NCBI GenBank assembly: GCA_947571115.1
Contig: CANOWW010000008.1
Span: forward strand, 7,023-71,022
Direction: 5' to 3'
DNA: 64,000 nt
Source of the DNA: an uncultured Clostridium sp.
GTDB lineage: Bacteria; Bacillota; Clostridia; TANB77; CAG-508
Part shown: positions 30,812 to 41,281 of the stretch, one piece after another
How positions within the stretch are numbered: the stretch's first letter is position 1
How the letters are laid out: every line of letters begins with the position of its first letter
Position numbers and translations under genes: made by a program
The notes under the pieces: generated by a model
What the model saw: only the letters and a program-made list of their open reading frames with translations
Database searches by the model: none
Told to the model about the DNA's origin: nothing

Positions 30812-31150
30812 TTAAAGTTTATAGTCATCAAGGAATTCTTTAATGCAACCATTGATTAACCTGCTAAACGATATACCTGTTTGTTCTTTTTGTTTTATCA
30901 AAGCATCATAAAATGTTTTCCTAAGAATAATGGAACGATAGATTGAATCAGTATTGTTAGGCTTTTTATAAAATCGTATTGGTTTATTCTTTAATAATGT
31001 GTTTTCAATACATACATTAATAATTTTGCTAACTGTAGCATCGAAGACATTTTGTGATAAATCTTGCAATTTAGAATACAAGTCTTGATCGATATGAACA
31101 CTTCTTTGTATTGTTTCGTCTTTTGTATATAACCTATCGATAGCTTTCAT
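30812..31150 (-). CDS. Tandem ribbon-helix-helix DNA-binding protein
   Basis: Two repeats RSV.I...LY..L..VSKIIN.CI and RSI.L...Y..L..FSRLIN.CI; 17-bp inverted repeat upstream (31167-31183/31224-31240). Confidence 0.6.
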   Translation of the reverse strand: MKAIDRLYTKDETIQRSVHIDQDLYSKLQDLSQNVFDATVSKIINVCIENTLLKNKPIRFYKKPNNTDSIYRSIILRKTFYDALIKQKEQTGISFSRLINGCIKEFLDDYKL

Positions 31151-31357
31151 TTTAACACCTCTTATTATACATATTTGTATGATATATTATACAAAATTAG
31201 TATTTGAAATGATACTGCATTTAATCATACAAAAATGTATGGTTGGTAGTTTGCTTTTTGAGAATAGTATAGTATAATATAAAAGGTATGAAATGAGATA
31301 TAGGCTAGACTTAAAATAAAAAACTAACAATTTTTGCATTGCTAGTTTAATTTACAA

Positions 31358-31669
31358 TTATTTATTTAATAGATAGGAAATTAATTTTTCAATAACATCT
31401 TTATCTCTGGCATCAAGTAGTTCAAATTTGTCATGAATATTAGAAAATTGTACGAGCCCTTTGAAAAGAGAGATAGGAGAGCAATTAGTGATTTTACAAA
31501 TATTTATTATAGTATCAACAGTTACTCCAACATTTCCATTTTCGATTTTTGAAAGATGATTTGGTGTAATATCAAGTTTTTCTGAAAATTCATCTTGAGT
31601 TAAGTTAAGGTTTGTTCTAATTTCTCTAATATTTTGACCTAGTATTATCATTTTTGCATTATCTTTCAT
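31358..31669 (-). CDS. XRE-family HTH regulator
   Basis: LGQNIREIR..LTQDEFSEKLDITPNHLSKIENG. Confidence 0.88.
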   Translation of the reverse strand: MKDNAKMIILGQNIREIRTNLNLTQDEFSEKLDITPNHLSKIENGNVGVTVDTIINICKITNCSPISLFKGLVQFSNIHDKFELLDARDKDVIEKLISYLLNK

Positions 31670-31785
31670 TACAACCTCCCATTATTAGTATAAACGAAAA
31701 AATGCAAAAAATGAAATGCTTATTTTGACAAATTTTAAGCAAAAAGTAATCAACATATAATTACTTTGGAGTAAATCATAAAGAA

Positions 31786-32157
31786 ATGGAGGGAAGAAAT
31801 ATGAGATTCTCAAGTAAAAAACTATTAAAGAAATTACGAAAGAAATCAGAGAAACGACAAAAATTTAAAGAAATAAAAAAACAAGTTTTGGACAATTATA
31901 GAAAAGAAAATAAATATAAATTTGTTTCTATGAACATATATGTTTTATTATTATTTATTTTACTTATAACTCAAAAAAGTAGAGATTTATTTTTAATTGG
32001 ATATTGTTTTTTGAATATAATTTTTTTTCTATTGATGAAAAAAGAAAATAAAAAAGATGACACTATCGAACTATATTTTTTAAGAATAGAAAATCTTTAT
32101 AGAGTCTGTAAAAAGAAGAAGATTCGTTGTACAAATAAAAAAAGGGTTATTAAGTAA
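31786..32157 (+). CDS. Small two-TM membrane protein
   Basis: Two hydrophobic segments; divergent from the XRE gene. Confidence 0.5.
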   Translation: MEGRNMRFSSKKLLKKLRKKSEKRQKFKEIKKQVLDNYRKENKYKFVSMNIYVLLLFILLITQKSRDLFLIGYCFLNIIFFLLMKKENKKDDTIELYFLRIENLYRVCKKKKIRCTNKKRVIK

Positions 32158-32202
32158 TTATAACGAGAAAATGAAGTTTTAAAGCATTGTAGGAGGGGTA
32201 GT

Positions 32203-32508
32203 ATGAAAAAATATAATGGGCAAACTAATATTTCAGGAGAAATTATAAGAAAGATGCGTGAAGAGAAGAAAATGTCAGTAGAAGAAATTTGTCAAAAATT
32301 AGAAAGTATGAATGTTTCAATGAATAAATCGCAGTTATATCGAGTTGAAAAAGGAAAAGCAATATTAAAAGATTTTGAAATGACTGCATTGTTTATAATA
32401 TTTGATATTGATTTTTCAGAAGTAAAGAATATTTTGAGAAATGGAAAGATGTGTCGAAAAACAATAAGTTGTGATACAATAAAAAGAAGATATAGAGAAA
32501 TTTCATGA
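32203..32508 (+). CDS. XRE-family HTH regulator
   Basis: NISGEIIRKMRE..MSVEEIC..LYRVEKG..LKDFE. Confidence 0.75.
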   Translation: MKKYNGQTNISGEIIRKMREEKKMSVEEICQKLESMNVSMNKSQLYRVEKGKAILKDFEMTALFIIFDIDFSEVKNILRNGKMCRKTISCDTIKRRYREIS

Positions 32509-32633
32509 AAATACGATAAAATTTGGTTAAAAATGAAGAAAATACTAGATTTTTCTTGCATATATTAACATAATATGATATAATGAGAAAAAACTTTTTT
32601 AATGTTTTGTTGTAAATGTAAGGGAGAAGATAG

Positions 32634-33551
32634 ATGTTCAATAGTTTTAACATATTAGATACGGATATAAACTTGAACTTATATAAAACGTTTTATATAG
32701 TTGCTACATCAAAAAGTTATTCGGATGCTAGTTTAAAATTACATAAATCAGTACCTGCAATAAGTACTAACATTAAAGATTTAGAAGGTATGCTGAATGT
32801 AATATTGTTTGAGCGAAAAAGTAATGGAGTTACTCTAACTGCATCAGGAGAAGAATTATATAAATATCTTGATAGAGCTTTTTCAGAAATTAGCAAGGGA
32901 CAAAAAATTGTGATGAAAAAAAATGATTTGGCTACTGGAGAATTAATTATAGGCTGTCCATCTCATATAGCGACAAATTACTTAATGAATTATATTGAAC
33001 AAGCGCAAATAGATTATCCAGAATTAAAAGTCCAATTATTGAGTGGACTAAATGCTAGAGAGTTATTGTTAGAACTCAAAGAACATAGGATTGATTTTGT
33101 GATAGACAGTACTCAAATAGAAACTCTTGATGATGATATAATCAAAGATGAAATAAAAATGATACCTAATATATTTGTATCAAACTATCCTTTGAAGATA
33201 GAGGATATAAAAGAATTAGAAAAGCAAAAATGTATTTTGCCATTTGAGAATACATCAACAACTAAAAATTTGATCAAGACTTTGAAAGAATATGACGTAT
33301 CAATTGATGTAAATATGCAGATTGATATTACAGAAGTTAGAATTGACGCAGTAAAAAGAGGTTTTGGAATAGGTTATGTTATGAAAGATATTGTAGAAAG
33401 GCAGTTACAAAGTGAAGAACTATTTGAAGTTGAAATGCCAATTGAGTTGCCTTCTTCAAGATTAAATTTAATCTATTTAAAGGAATATTTAACAAGAGCT
33501 GATAAAAAATTTATAAAACAATATTTAGATATGAAAATAAAAACATCATAA
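32634..33551 (+). CDS. LysR-family transcriptional regulator
   Basis: LYKTFYIVA..SYSDAS..PAIS..IKDLE..LFER..GVTLT.SG plus substrate-binding domain. Confidence 0.92.
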   Translation: MFNSFNILDTDINLNLYKTFYIVATSKSYSDASLKLHKSVPAISTNIKDLEGMLNVILFERKSNGVTLTASGEELYKYLDRAFSEISKGQKIVMKKNDLATGELIIGCPSHIATNYLMNYIEQAQIDYPELKVQLLSGLNARELLLELKEHRIDFVIDSTQIETLDDDIIKDEIKMIPNIFVSNYPLKIEDIKELEKQKCILPFENTSTTKNLIKTLKEYDVSIDVNMQIDITEVRIDAVKRGFGIGYVMKDIVERQLQSEELFEVEMPIELPSSRLNLIYLKEYLTRADKKFIKQYLDMKIKTS

Positions 33552-33692
33552 AAGTGTTTTTTGATGAAAATTGAATAATTATTTTAAAGTGTTTTAAGTA
33601 AATCTTAAAGCACTTTAATTTTTTGCTAATAGACACGTAAATAGAAACGTAGTATAATTTCTTAGGAAAAATCTGGAAGGGAGATTATAAAA

Positions 33693-35339
33693 TTGCAAGA
33701 GAAAGAAATCTGTTGGAATATTACGACGAAATGCAATCAAAATTGCAGATATTGTCATAGATTTTTAAATATTGCTGATTTAGACATTGAAGAAAATAAA
33801 AAAATATTGATGAAACTAATAAGGGATAATATTACGGATATCACATGGACTGGAGGAGAAGCCTTGTTGTATCCTGGTTTGTCGGAACTTTTGAAAATAG
33901 CTCATGAAAATGGAATACGAAACAAATTGATAACAAATGGAATCGTACTTGCTGGAAATGAAAAAATGAAAAGTATATATCAATATCTAGATAGTTTAAC
34001 TTTATCGATTGATTCTGTTAGTGATAAAATAAATAAGGAAATAGGTCGAGGGGAAGAACATTATAAAAATATAAAACAGATTTTAGAATATTTAAAAGGA
34101 AGAAATCTTAATACTACGATTAATACAGTATTAAGCCAGAAAAATATACAAAATATTCAGGAATTAGGAGAATTTTTAAGCCAATACGATATAACAGCTT
34201 GGCGAGTGTTTAAATTCATGCCATTGAGAGAAACTGCCCAAATAAATAAAGAAGAATTTGAAATAACCGATGATCAGTTCGAAAGAAGTAAACAGATTTT
34301 TAGAAGATTTACTAAGATTTCTAAAATAGAATTTAGAACTGAACAAGATATGGAAGATAAATATGTTTTAATTGTAGCTAATGGAGATATCATTCAAACA
34401 CAAGACGGAAAAGATGTAAAAAAAGGCAATGCAAGATATAAAAATTTGACGGAATTTATAGAAAGTAAGATGATAAAGATGAAACTGCTAGAATTAAAAG
34501 ATAATGCTTCCAATTTAGTGATTGTTGGAAATATAGCTTATGATATATTAGATTTTAGTCATTTAAAAACGAAACGAGAAAGTATAGTAGATATAGGAGG
34601 GGCATGTGTATTTACTTCAATACCGGCAAGCCAATTCTCAAGAGTGGGAATTGTAGGTAAGATAGGAAAAGACTTTGACATTTCAAAATTTTATGGTTAT
34701 AATATTGATTTATCAGCAATTCAAAGTATAGATAGTCCAACAACAAGATTTTATACAATATGGAATAGTGAAGATGGGCAGGAAAGAACTGTTATTGGTG
34801 AGGTTGCAAAAGAAATGGAAGTTGGAGCCAATGATATTCCGAAAAAGTTTTTAGGAGCAAAGCATTTTCATTTAACAACAGCAACTCCAGAAAAGCAATT
34901 AGAGTTGATACATTTTTTGAGAACGAACACAAATGCAACGATAAGTGTAGATACAATAGATGAATTTGCAAGGCAACCAAAATGTAGAGAAGTATTTGAT
35001 AATGTAGATATAGCTTTTGTTGATAAGGAATATACTAACTTATTAAATTGTAAAGCACCAATAAAAATAATAAAGTGTGGAAAGAAAGGATGTATCTATT
35101 ATTCGAAAGAAAAAAAATTCCCAGTATATTCTAAGATAGTTGCTGATGAAAATGTAGTTGATAAAACAGGAGCTGGAGATTGCTTAAACGGAGTATTTTT
35201 GAATTTAATAAACAATGGAGTAAAAGAAGAACAGGCATTAAAAATTGCAGTAGATACAGCCACAGAATCAATAAAACAAAAAGGAATTATGAATTTTCGA
35301 TTACCAAGATTAAATAATAAAGAAGAAAGAGAGGTTTAA
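33693..35339 (+). CDS. Viperin-like radical SAM enzyme fused to PfkB-family kinase
   Basis: CNQNCRYC, TGGE, LSIDS..N..GRG, INTV, WRVF; C-terminal GG..VGIVGKIGKDF and DKTGAGD PfkB motifs. Confidence 0.75.
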   Translation: MQEKEICWNITTKCNQNCRYCHRFLNIADLDIEENKKILMKLIRDNITDITWTGGEALLYPGLSELLKIAHENGIRNKLITNGIVLAGNEKMKSIYQYLDSLTLSIDSVSDKINKEIGRGEEHYKNIKQILEYLKGRNLNTTINTVLSQKNIQNIQELGEFLSQYDITAWRVFKFMPLRETAQINKEEFEITDDQFERSKQIFRRFTKISKIEFRTEQDMEDKYVLIVANGDIIQTQDGKDVKKGNARYKNLTEFIESKMIKMKLLELKDNASNLVIVGNIAYDILDFSHLKTKRESIVDIGGACVFTSIPASQFSRVGIVGKIGKDFDISKFYGYNIDLSAIQSIDSPTTRFYTIWNSEDGQERTVIGEVAKEMEVGANDIPKKFLGAKHFHLTTATPEKQLELIHFLRTNTNATISVDTIDEFARQPKCREVFDNVDIAFVDKEYTNLLNCKAPIKIIKCGKKGCIYYSKEKKFPVYSKIVADENVVDKTGAGDCLNGVFLNLINNGVKEEQALKIAVDTATESIKQKGIMNFRLPRLNNKEEREV

Positions 35340-35342
35340 TAG

Positions 35343-35729
35343 ATGACTAAAATTAGAATTCTAATAGCTCATAATGACGAAAATGTGAGAAAAACAATTG
35401 TTGATTCGGTAAATACTTTAGATTATGTGGAAGTTGTTGGAACTGCAAAAGATGGTGTTGAAACTTATAATAAAATTATAGATTTAAAGCCAGAAGTAGT
35501 TTTTACGAAATATAATTATAGTAATATGCCAGGATTAGAATTAATGAGAAAAACAAAAGAGAAATTGAAGGAGCATTTTCCAAGTTTTAATACGATAGGG
35601 CAAATACCAGAAAATGAATTAAAAGAAGCTATTAGTATTACGGGTGAAAAGTTAAATGCTTTTGTAAGGCAACCGTATGATGGAGAGGCAGTAGAGATTA
35701 TGAAAGCATATAAAGAATATAATGGATGA
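35343..35729 (+). CDS. Stand-alone Spo0A-like pseudo-receiver domain
   Basis: KIRILIA..VEVVGTAKDG.E....I..LKPEVV..MPGLE; phospho-Asp position reads K. Confidence 0.65.
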   Translation: MTKIRILIAHNDENVRKTIVDSVNTLDYVEVVGTAKDGVETYNKIIDLKPEVVFTKYNYSNMPGLELMRKTKEKLKEHFPSFNTIGQIPENELKEAISITGEKLNAFVRQPYDGEAVEIMKAYKEYNG

Positions 35730-35896
35730 AATAAAAAGAAATAACTAAAAAAACTTGTAATTTTAAGGTTTTTGTGATATTATTAGTAAGTCTTAATAGT
35801 ATATTTGAAATATATAAAATAATTTTTAACGAAAGGAGGTATTGTTTTTCTTTTTTGTTACTGAAAATTTGTGTTATTATTAAAGGAGAGATAACA

Positions 35897-37450
35897 ATGA
35901 ATGTTTTTGATTCACCAAAACGGTACAAAGATTCTATTTTAGAATCAGTTATGGTGTCTGAATCTAAAACGAAAAAATTTAATGGGAAGTCATTTACTTG
36001 TGTATTTTTTACAAAATTTTGTAATGCTGGTTGTCCATTTTGTTTTTTTAGATCAGATACTCGAAAGTATGCAATTCCACAGGAAAAATTTGAGTTTTCA
36101 GATTATGGCTTTGAAAGATTTATTAAATTTATGAATGCTTCTAACAATGGATATTTGTTGATTTCTGGTGGTGGAGAACCTTTTGAAAAAGAAAACTATG
36201 TAATGGAATCAGTAAAACGTGTCAAGACTGACAGAATTGTCATTGTTACAAGTGGAATTTGGGCTCAAAATTATGATAATGCAGAAAGAATTATTTTTAA
36301 ACTGCATGAATGTATCCGAAACAGAAATGATAATTTAAAAGTTGTTTTAAGGTTAAGTTTAGACAAATCTCACTATCAGCAGTTAGGTTATGATTTAGTA
36401 AATAACATTGTTAGTATATTTAGAAAAAATTTTAGTATGAATAGCAATTTTGAATTACAGATTCATACTATGATTGATGATGTAACGATTGATAATGTTA
36501 TTAAAAAATTGGGAGACTGTAAAAAAATTGATGGTGGTGAGGTGCGAATATCCGATAATGAGAAGTTAATTAAAATTGTGCCTAAAAGGTGCAGGATTCT
36601 ATTTGATGATGGATACGAAATTTTGGTTGGAATGGCAAAAACATTTTATCCTAACCTGAAAGTTAATTTACTGAATCCTTCAACATTAAAAAAAGCTTTA
36701 AGTGTATTTGATGAGGATATGGATTATAGTGAGTATGAGAATCCATCAGTAGTAACTAACTTGAATACTCAATTGGGATTTGACTTTTGGATCAACTACA
36801 ATGGAAATATTACTACTTGGGGAAATCAACAATTGGATAATTTAAACAATCTATATGTTGATGACTACAATAAAATTGTGGCAAAATTATACTCTAATAT
36901 CATTAGTTATTCTTTTATTGATAAAGGTTATTATTATCGTGAAAAAATAATTAATGAAGTTAATCCGAAAGCAGTTTTGCGTTCTAAGGCAATCAATATT
37001 AGAGATTATGCAGGAGCGCTCATATTGGAGGAACGGAAAACAGCATTGTATTATGCTATTCGAGTTATACAAGATTATTTAAATACTGGTATTCTAAATG
37101 TTTCTGATTTAACTAGGCTTCCTACTGAATTGTATGAAACCATAAAATTGAGTCAAGAAGAAATTGCTAAATTATATAATAGTTCCGAATATAATATTCT
37201 GACTCAGTATGCTGAAAATGAACAATATGATGTTGAACAATGGATTGATATTTTCACACTGATTCGGCTAGGACATTATGATGTAACACCTAATCAAATT
37301 TCTAATGCTTTAGCGATATTCAATCATCGATTTAATGAAACTGTAACAGACATTAATAGTTTAGTTTCTACGAATAGTAGTGAACAGTATGCAAGACTCA
37401 TTGAAAGAATAACTTTTATGAAAAAAGAGGCTATTGAATTTTGTATGTAA
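35897..37450 (+). CDS. Radical SAM protein of unknown function
   Basis: CNAGCPFC and ISGGGEPF; AAAGGAG RBS before ATG 35897. Confidence 0.8.
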   Translation: MNVFDSPKRYKDSILESVMVSESKTKKFNGKSFTCVFFTKFCNAGCPFCFFRSDTRKYAIPQEKFEFSDYGFERFIKFMNASNNGYLLISGGGEPFEKENYVMESVKRVKTDRIVIVTSGIWAQNYDNAERIIFKLHECIRNRNDNLKVVLRLSLDKSHYQQLGYDLVNNIVSIFRKNFSMNSNFELQIHTMIDDVTIDNVIKKLGDCKKIDGGEVRISDNEKLIKIVPKRCRILFDDGYEILVGMAKTFYPNLKVNLLNPSTLKKALSVFDEDMDYSEYENPSVVTNLNTQLGFDFWINYNGNITTWGNQQLDNLNNLYVDDYNKIVAKLYSNIISYSFIDKGYYYREKIINEVNPKAVLRSKAINIRDYAGALILEERKTALYYAIRVIQDYLNTGILNVSDLTRLPTELYETIKLSQEEIAKLYNSSEYNILTQYAENEQYDVEQWIDIFTLIRLGHYDVTPNQISNALAIFNHRFNETVTDINSLVSTNSSEQYARLIERITFMKKEAIEFCM

Positions 37451-37463
37451 ACGAAAGGAGTGA

Positions 37464-37952
37464 ATGTGTATGGAAATTGATCCAACCAAAAGAATTAACC
37501 CAATTGCACGAATAGTAATCATAAAAGATGGATATATTTTATTAAGTTCTGCAACGAACTCCAATAAAAGGTTTTCGTCTGAATTACATTTTTTGCCAGG
37601 AGGTCATGTTGAACATACAGAATCTGCAAGAGATACAATTATTAGAGAAATGCAGGAAGAATTTGAGGAGGCAGAGAAGGTAGCAGTAACAGATTTTTTG
37701 GGAATTTTAGAGTGTGTATGGGATAATAAAGGTGAACCATATCATGAAATTAACATTGTATTTAAGGGGGAAATTGATGATTTTGATTTAAATGCTCCTC
37801 CTAAGGCAAAAGAAACTCATATCGTATTTAATTGGTATAAGTTAGAGGAATTAGAAAAATTAAACCTTTTGCCAAACACATTTTGTAAAGTAATACCTGT
37901 TTGGATAAAAAAAGAAAACAATACTATGGATATGTTTCAGACAGAAATTTAG
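37464..37952 (+). CDS. NUDIX hydrolase
   Basis: LPGGHVEHTESARDTIIREMQEE Nudix box. Confidence 0.9.
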   Translation: MCMEIDPTKRINPIARIVIIKDGYILLSSATNSNKRFSSELHFLPGGHVEHTESARDTIIREMQEEFEEAEKVAVTDFLGILECVWDNKGEPYHEINIVFKGEIDDFDLNAPPKAKETHIVFNWYKLEELEKLNLLPNTFCKVIPVWIKKENNTMDMFQTEI

Positions 37953-38013
37953 TAATAATTTATTAAAAGGAGAAAACTTCACTAGGTTGATTAAATCTAG
38001 TGAAGTTTTTGAC

Positions 38014-38754
38014 TTATTTCTTTTTTGATTTCATCAAATAATAATCCGTTATAATTCTTATAAAATTTTTAGGAGTAACATAATCTTCATTCTCAAAAAG
38101 TTTAAAAATTCCCTTATTTCCAATATCATCTCTATATCTATTAACAGAATTTAGAGCATTTCTCATTGCAGGTCTAACAGATTCCGTTGAAACATTAAAT
38201 TCTTCTGAAATTAAATTAAAAAGATTCCTTAAAGAAATTTTTAATTCTGGTTTTTCATAACATTTTTGAATGGCATATTTAAAATACTTTGCTCCCATAA
38301 GTTCATTATATAAATTTAATTTATAGAATAGTGCTGTTAAATTATCATCAGTTGGTTCAGAGTAGACATCATTATCTATTTTATAATACTCTATACCTTT
38401 TTTGATTTCTTTATAATTCAAAGGAAGATATAGTAATTTATATAGTTTGGACACAAAATCAAATGCTAATTTCTCATTATCATTTTCTAAAGTAATGATA
38501 ATATTACAATTTTTCCTTTCATGTGATGTAGAAGAAAGTTCATTTACTATTTCAGTATAATCTATATCTTCAAAATTTGAATTTATGATTAAAATATCTG
38601 GCTGCATTTCATAGTATTTATTTAGTGTAGTAATTCCAGTGTTAGCACTGATTATATCAAGACTTTTATCATTTGCAAGATACTCACAGCAGTTTTGACT
38701 TGCTTGAGGATTTTTGTCCGCTACCAAAACTTTAAACAATGTCAGAACCTCCAC
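38014..38754 (-). CDS. Spo0A-like regulator (degenerate receiver plus Spo0A C-terminal-like DNA-binding domain)
   Basis: KVLVAD..PDILII; GAKYFKYAI..L...I...FNVSTESV..AMRNA..TPKNFI. Confidence 0.65.
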   Translation of the reverse strand: MEVLTLFKVLVADKNPQASQNCCEYLANDKSLDIISANTGITTLNKYYEMQPDILIINSNFEDIDYTEIVNELSSTSHERKNCNIIITLENDNEKLAFDFVSKLYKLLYLPLNYKEIKKGIEYYKIDNDVYSEPTDDNLTALFYKLNLYNELMGAKYFKYAIQKCYEKPELKISLRNLFNLISEEFNVSTESVRPAMRNALNSVNRYRDDIGNKGIFKLFENEDYVTPKNFIRIITDYYLMKSKKK

Positions 38755-39309
38755 AAATATTATATATCAAAAAAATCTACATAAAGCAGTATATCATAAC
38801 TGCTTATGTAAAGTCAATATCTACAAATGAAATTTTATAAAAAATTAAAACAATTCATATATATATTCATATGGAAAAACATTGGAAATAATTGAAATTA
38901 CTTGATTTATAAAATAATGTTAACATGGATAATTTAAAAAATATTTATAAATCAATCATTACTACAAACATAAAGTAAAATAGCCTTTTTTAACCTTTTA
39001 TAGCCCTTTTTGGCTTTTTAAACAATGAATCTTTTAAAGAATTTATAATGTGTACTGCTTAGTTAAATTCTAAAAGAGCTTAAAAAGGAATTAACACAAA
39101 TGAAAAAATAGCTTTTAAAATAGTTTTTTAGAATCTAATTAAAGTACGAACTCCTATTTTTAAACTCCTTTTAGAATTGAGAGCCAATTTCTTTAAGGAG
39201 TTTTTTATATTGTGAAGCATATAGGAATTCATAATAAGATTCTGCTACATTGTCGTAGTCCTACCAATATTCATTTCAAAAATTTGAAATGAATAGGAGG
39301 AAAGGTTGG

Positions 39310-39765
39310 GTGCAATACGAAGTAGATAGTTATATTTTAGAGTATGTAGAAAAGGATGATAAATATTACATATCTTTTTTAGATAGTGCCAAAAAAAATT
39401 GTAGAATGGAAATAACAAAGGATATATTTAATGCTTATATTAATTCGAAAAAAGCATACACAAAAATCAATAATGAAGTCAGTAGGCATATAGAACATTT
39501 ATATTTAAGCGATACAGAAATTTATAATAGATCTTTTCATAAGGAAAAAAATGTTGAAGATATGGTTTTAGAGAATATAGACAAAGAAATACTAATGAAG
39601 GCTTTAGGAAATCTAACAGAAACGCAAGTCAGAAGAATAGAACTACATATTATCAATGAAATTACGATAAGAGATGTTGCCAAACTTGAAAAAGTTCAAA
39701 AAAGACAGATTGAAAAAAGTTTATCATTAGGATTCAAAAAATTAAAAAAATTTTTTGAAAAATAG
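39310..39765 (+). CDS. Sigma-70 region 4 protein (Tn916 Orf7-like element sigma factor)
   Basis: RHIEH..L; LTETQVRRI..TIRDVAKLEKV....I..S....KKLKK; AGGAGG RBS. Confidence 0.75.
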   Translation: MQYEVDSYILEYVEKDDKYYISFLDSAKKNCRMEITKDIFNAYINSKKAYTKINNEVSRHIEHLYLSDTEIYNRSFHKEKNVEDMVLENIDKEILMKALGNLTETQVRRIELHIINEITIRDVAKLEKVQKRQIEKSLSLGFKKLKKFFEK

Positions 39766-39865
39766 GGGAGGACAAAATCAAGTTTTGTGAGGAAGTAAGT
39801 GAAGGAGTAAAAACTCTTTCGCTTATTCCTATAAAAAGATAAAAGTACATTGAAAATTGAATAAC

Positions 39866-40094
39866 ATTCATCAAATAAACACTTTATTAAGAGCTAGTTA
39901 ATTACAAAAGCAAGATTGTAAACTTAAATATTGGTTAGCAACCAATAAGGCGATGATTAATAAAGAAGAATAATAAAACTTTTGTTTAGTCATAGAACGA
40001 GCGAGATAAAACCGTCCCAAGCAATGAAAACAAGTCTGAATTCAGATAGGTATAATTCCTAAGGAGTAATGTAGCTGATTACTATTTGATGAAT
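39866..40094 (+). ncRNA. Candidate structured ncRNA, copy 1
   Basis: Closing stem ATTCATCAAATA/TATTTGATGAAT around about six stems that covary with copy 2; preceded by shared hairpin and boxA-like ACATTGAAAATTGAATA. Confidence 0.7.
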
Positions 40095-40235
40095 TAAAAC
40101 ATTGATTTAATAAGAAATTTGAAGCAATATTTTATAAGATAATATAAATGACGTTGAAAATATGAAATATATCGTATATGGAGGTTTATAGGAAACCTAC
40201 TAAAAACCTAAATATTTTCATAAAGGAGAGAAAAT

Positions 40236-40829
40236 TTGAAAAAATTAAGTAAAAAAATTTTATTAGGAGCAACAGTGGCAATAATTGGAATTAGTTCAAT
40301 TATTATAGGTACTCGTTCAAAATATTTTAATCAAATTACAGGAGATGGTTCGATAGAAGTTGCCAAATGGTATTTTGATATAAATGGGGCTACTGAAACA
40401 ATTGCTACGATAGATTTATCCGAAACTTATAATAAAGATACATTGGTAAATGGGAAAATTGCACCTGGAACAAAAGGGAAATTTGATTTAGTTGTTAATG
40501 CAGGAGACAGTGATGTAGCAGTAAAATATGATGTTGTTTTTTCTAATGAACAGAATCGACCAGAAAATTTAAAGTTTACTTGTAACGGTGTAGAATTACC
40601 AGAATCAAAGGAAGGAATTACAGGATATAATTCTATTTTTACAGGAATTATTAAACCCGAAGATGATAGAACAGTAACATTACCAATAGAATGGGAATGG
40701 AAATACGAAACTGGAACAGAATCTGAAATAGAATCAAATGATAAAAAAGACACAGAAAACGGAGTAAATGCAAATAATTATACTTTCGATATTGTTGTAA
40801 GCGGTACACAAGTTATTCCTACAAGGTAA
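40236..40829 (+). CDS. TasA/camelysin-like secreted protein (SipW-type signal peptide)
   Basis: Signal ending GTRSKY; KIAPGTKGKF and W.WKYETG; adjacent to sipW. Confidence 0.65.
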   Translation: MKKLSKKILLGATVAIIGISSIIIGTRSKYFNQITGDGSIEVAKWYFDINGATETIATIDLSETYNKDTLVNGKIAPGTKGKFDLVVNAGDSDVAVKYDVVFSNEQNRPENLKFTCNGVELPESKEGITGYNSIFTGIIKPEDDRTVTLPIEWEWKYETGTESEIESNDKKDTENGVNANNYTFDIVVSGTQVIPTR

Positions 40830-40831
40830 AA

Positions 40832-41269
40832 ATGAGAACAATTGCAAAAATTATATTGACACTAATTTTCTCTTTGTTATTAAGTTTGGTTGCATTTTAT
40901 CATACGGATTATGATGGCTTAATAGCAAAAATTTTTGGAATTGGTATATTAAAAGTCGAATCTGGTAGTATGGAACCAGAAATTTCGATTGGAGATATTA
41001 TTATCATTAAAGAATGTGAGCAATACAAGATAAATGATATTATTACTTATAAGGTCGATAATCAGTATCTTGTAACACATAGAATTGTGGAAGGAAACGG
41101 AAATAGCTTTGTAACAAAAGGCGACAATAATAATGCGATTGATAATAAGAAAATCGCAAAAGAAAGTATTGAAGGTAAAGTAATCTATAAATCAAATTTC
41201 TTAAAATTACTTTATAATCATTGGATTATAGTAGTTTTATTAATTTTTTGTATTTTAATAATATGTTAA
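40832..41269 (+). CDS. sipW: Signal peptidase I, SipW/ER type
   Basis: VESGSMEP.I..GD, VTHRI, TKGDNN..D motifs. Confidence 0.88.
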   Translation: MRTIAKIILTLIFSLLLSLVAFYHTDYDGLIAKIFGIGILKVESGSMEPEISIGDIIIIKECEQYKINDIITYKVDNQYLVTHRIVEGNGNSFVTKGDNNNAIDNKKIAKESIEGKVIYKSNFLKLLYNHWIIVVLLIFCILIIC

Positions 41270-41281
41270 GGAGAAAGCAAA

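Noticed and set aside
39891-39952. GAGCTAG...TTAAA...TAAGGC resembles a Cas9 sgRNA/tracrRNA scaffold
   Set aside because: Short match only; no CRISPR array or cas/IscB/TnpB gene recognised in the window.
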